A stretch of 63,908 nucleotides of DNA, counting the filler, from Phoronis australis (Eukaryota; Animalia; Phoronida), in NCBI GenBank assembly GCA_002633005.1. It is 6 parts of 6 records of this genome, joined end to end, with 100 filler letters (N's around TTAATTAATTAA, not from the genome) between each part and the next. Parts side by side here need not be neighbours in the genome. Positions count along the whole stretch, not along the records: positions 60,602 to 63,908 come from NMRA01003098.1; 5 more parts are not named here. One strand, 5' to 3'. The translations under genes and the position numbers were made by a program. The notes beneath the pieces are model-generated. The model saw only the letters and a program-made list of their open reading frames with translations. It ran no database searches and was not told the DNA's origin. Shown piece after piece: positions 63,415-63,908 of this stretch (its first letter is position 1; the number at the start of each line of letters is the position of its first letter).

Positions 63415-63908
63415 GTAACTTGTCTCACTCAATGCTCATTATTGTATCCTTTGTTTTACACCACTTGTGTTTTTGTTTCAGTAGGCATTTTTGGTAACAA
63501 CGTACCATTTCTCCCACATGTGTTTTCAATGTGTTAAATTTCTAATTAAAATTAATTGTTTGAAATTCACGCTCATCTATATTGCCGAAGGACAAAAGCG
63601 CACTCTTCAAGACGTCTTCCAATTTTGTTTTCAAGAAAGAGCGTGCTTTGCGTTTGTATTTGCAAAAAAATAAAGCAACTCCGGTAAATGTAAATGATGA
63701 TAGTTTGAAACTTTCTTGCATGTTGAAATGAGGATTCGACGTCTGACTCACTGGCCATAACAGACGTGCCGTTTAAGAGGAACATTTTTTTAAAATCTTT
63801 CTGTCTGGGTCTGTTTTTGACCAAATTATCTTAAGAAAGGGTTGGATTTTGTTGTTGAGGACCAGGATCTTGGGTGAATTTTGACTTTGTAGACACTAAT
63901 GATAGGGT

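Overview
Intron-rich, AT-rich metazoan genomic DNA (probably a marine invertebrate; this is inference), not prokaryotic. The window is six contigs joined by 100-bp N44-TTAATTAATTAA-N44 linkers, so synteny across the linkers is not trustworthy. Genes reconstructed by hand from splice sites and motif recognition: the last two TSP1 exons of a spondin-like gene (+); four exons of MIX23/CCDC58 (-); an intronless rolling-stone-like membrane protein (+); a multi-exon extracellular protein with CTL-TSP1-PAN-CTL-TSP1-SEA architecture (-); two exons of SNRNP70 (+); the first coding exon of a ZnT2/SLC30-type zinc transporter (-); and two exons of a putative NlpC/P60-like protein (+). Mobile DNA includes a decayed HERO-type non-LTR retrotransposon, a Penelope-like insertion with inverted repeats carrying minimal hammerhead ribozymes, Kolobok-like remnants and many MITEs. 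The most striking feature is a ~3.8-kb higher-order tandem array (452-bp unit of three ~150-bp subunits) in a MIX23 intron. It appears Helentron/DINE-like in origin and carries ~24 co-oriented CTCF-consensus-like motifs. All identifications are from motif recognition; no database searches were run.
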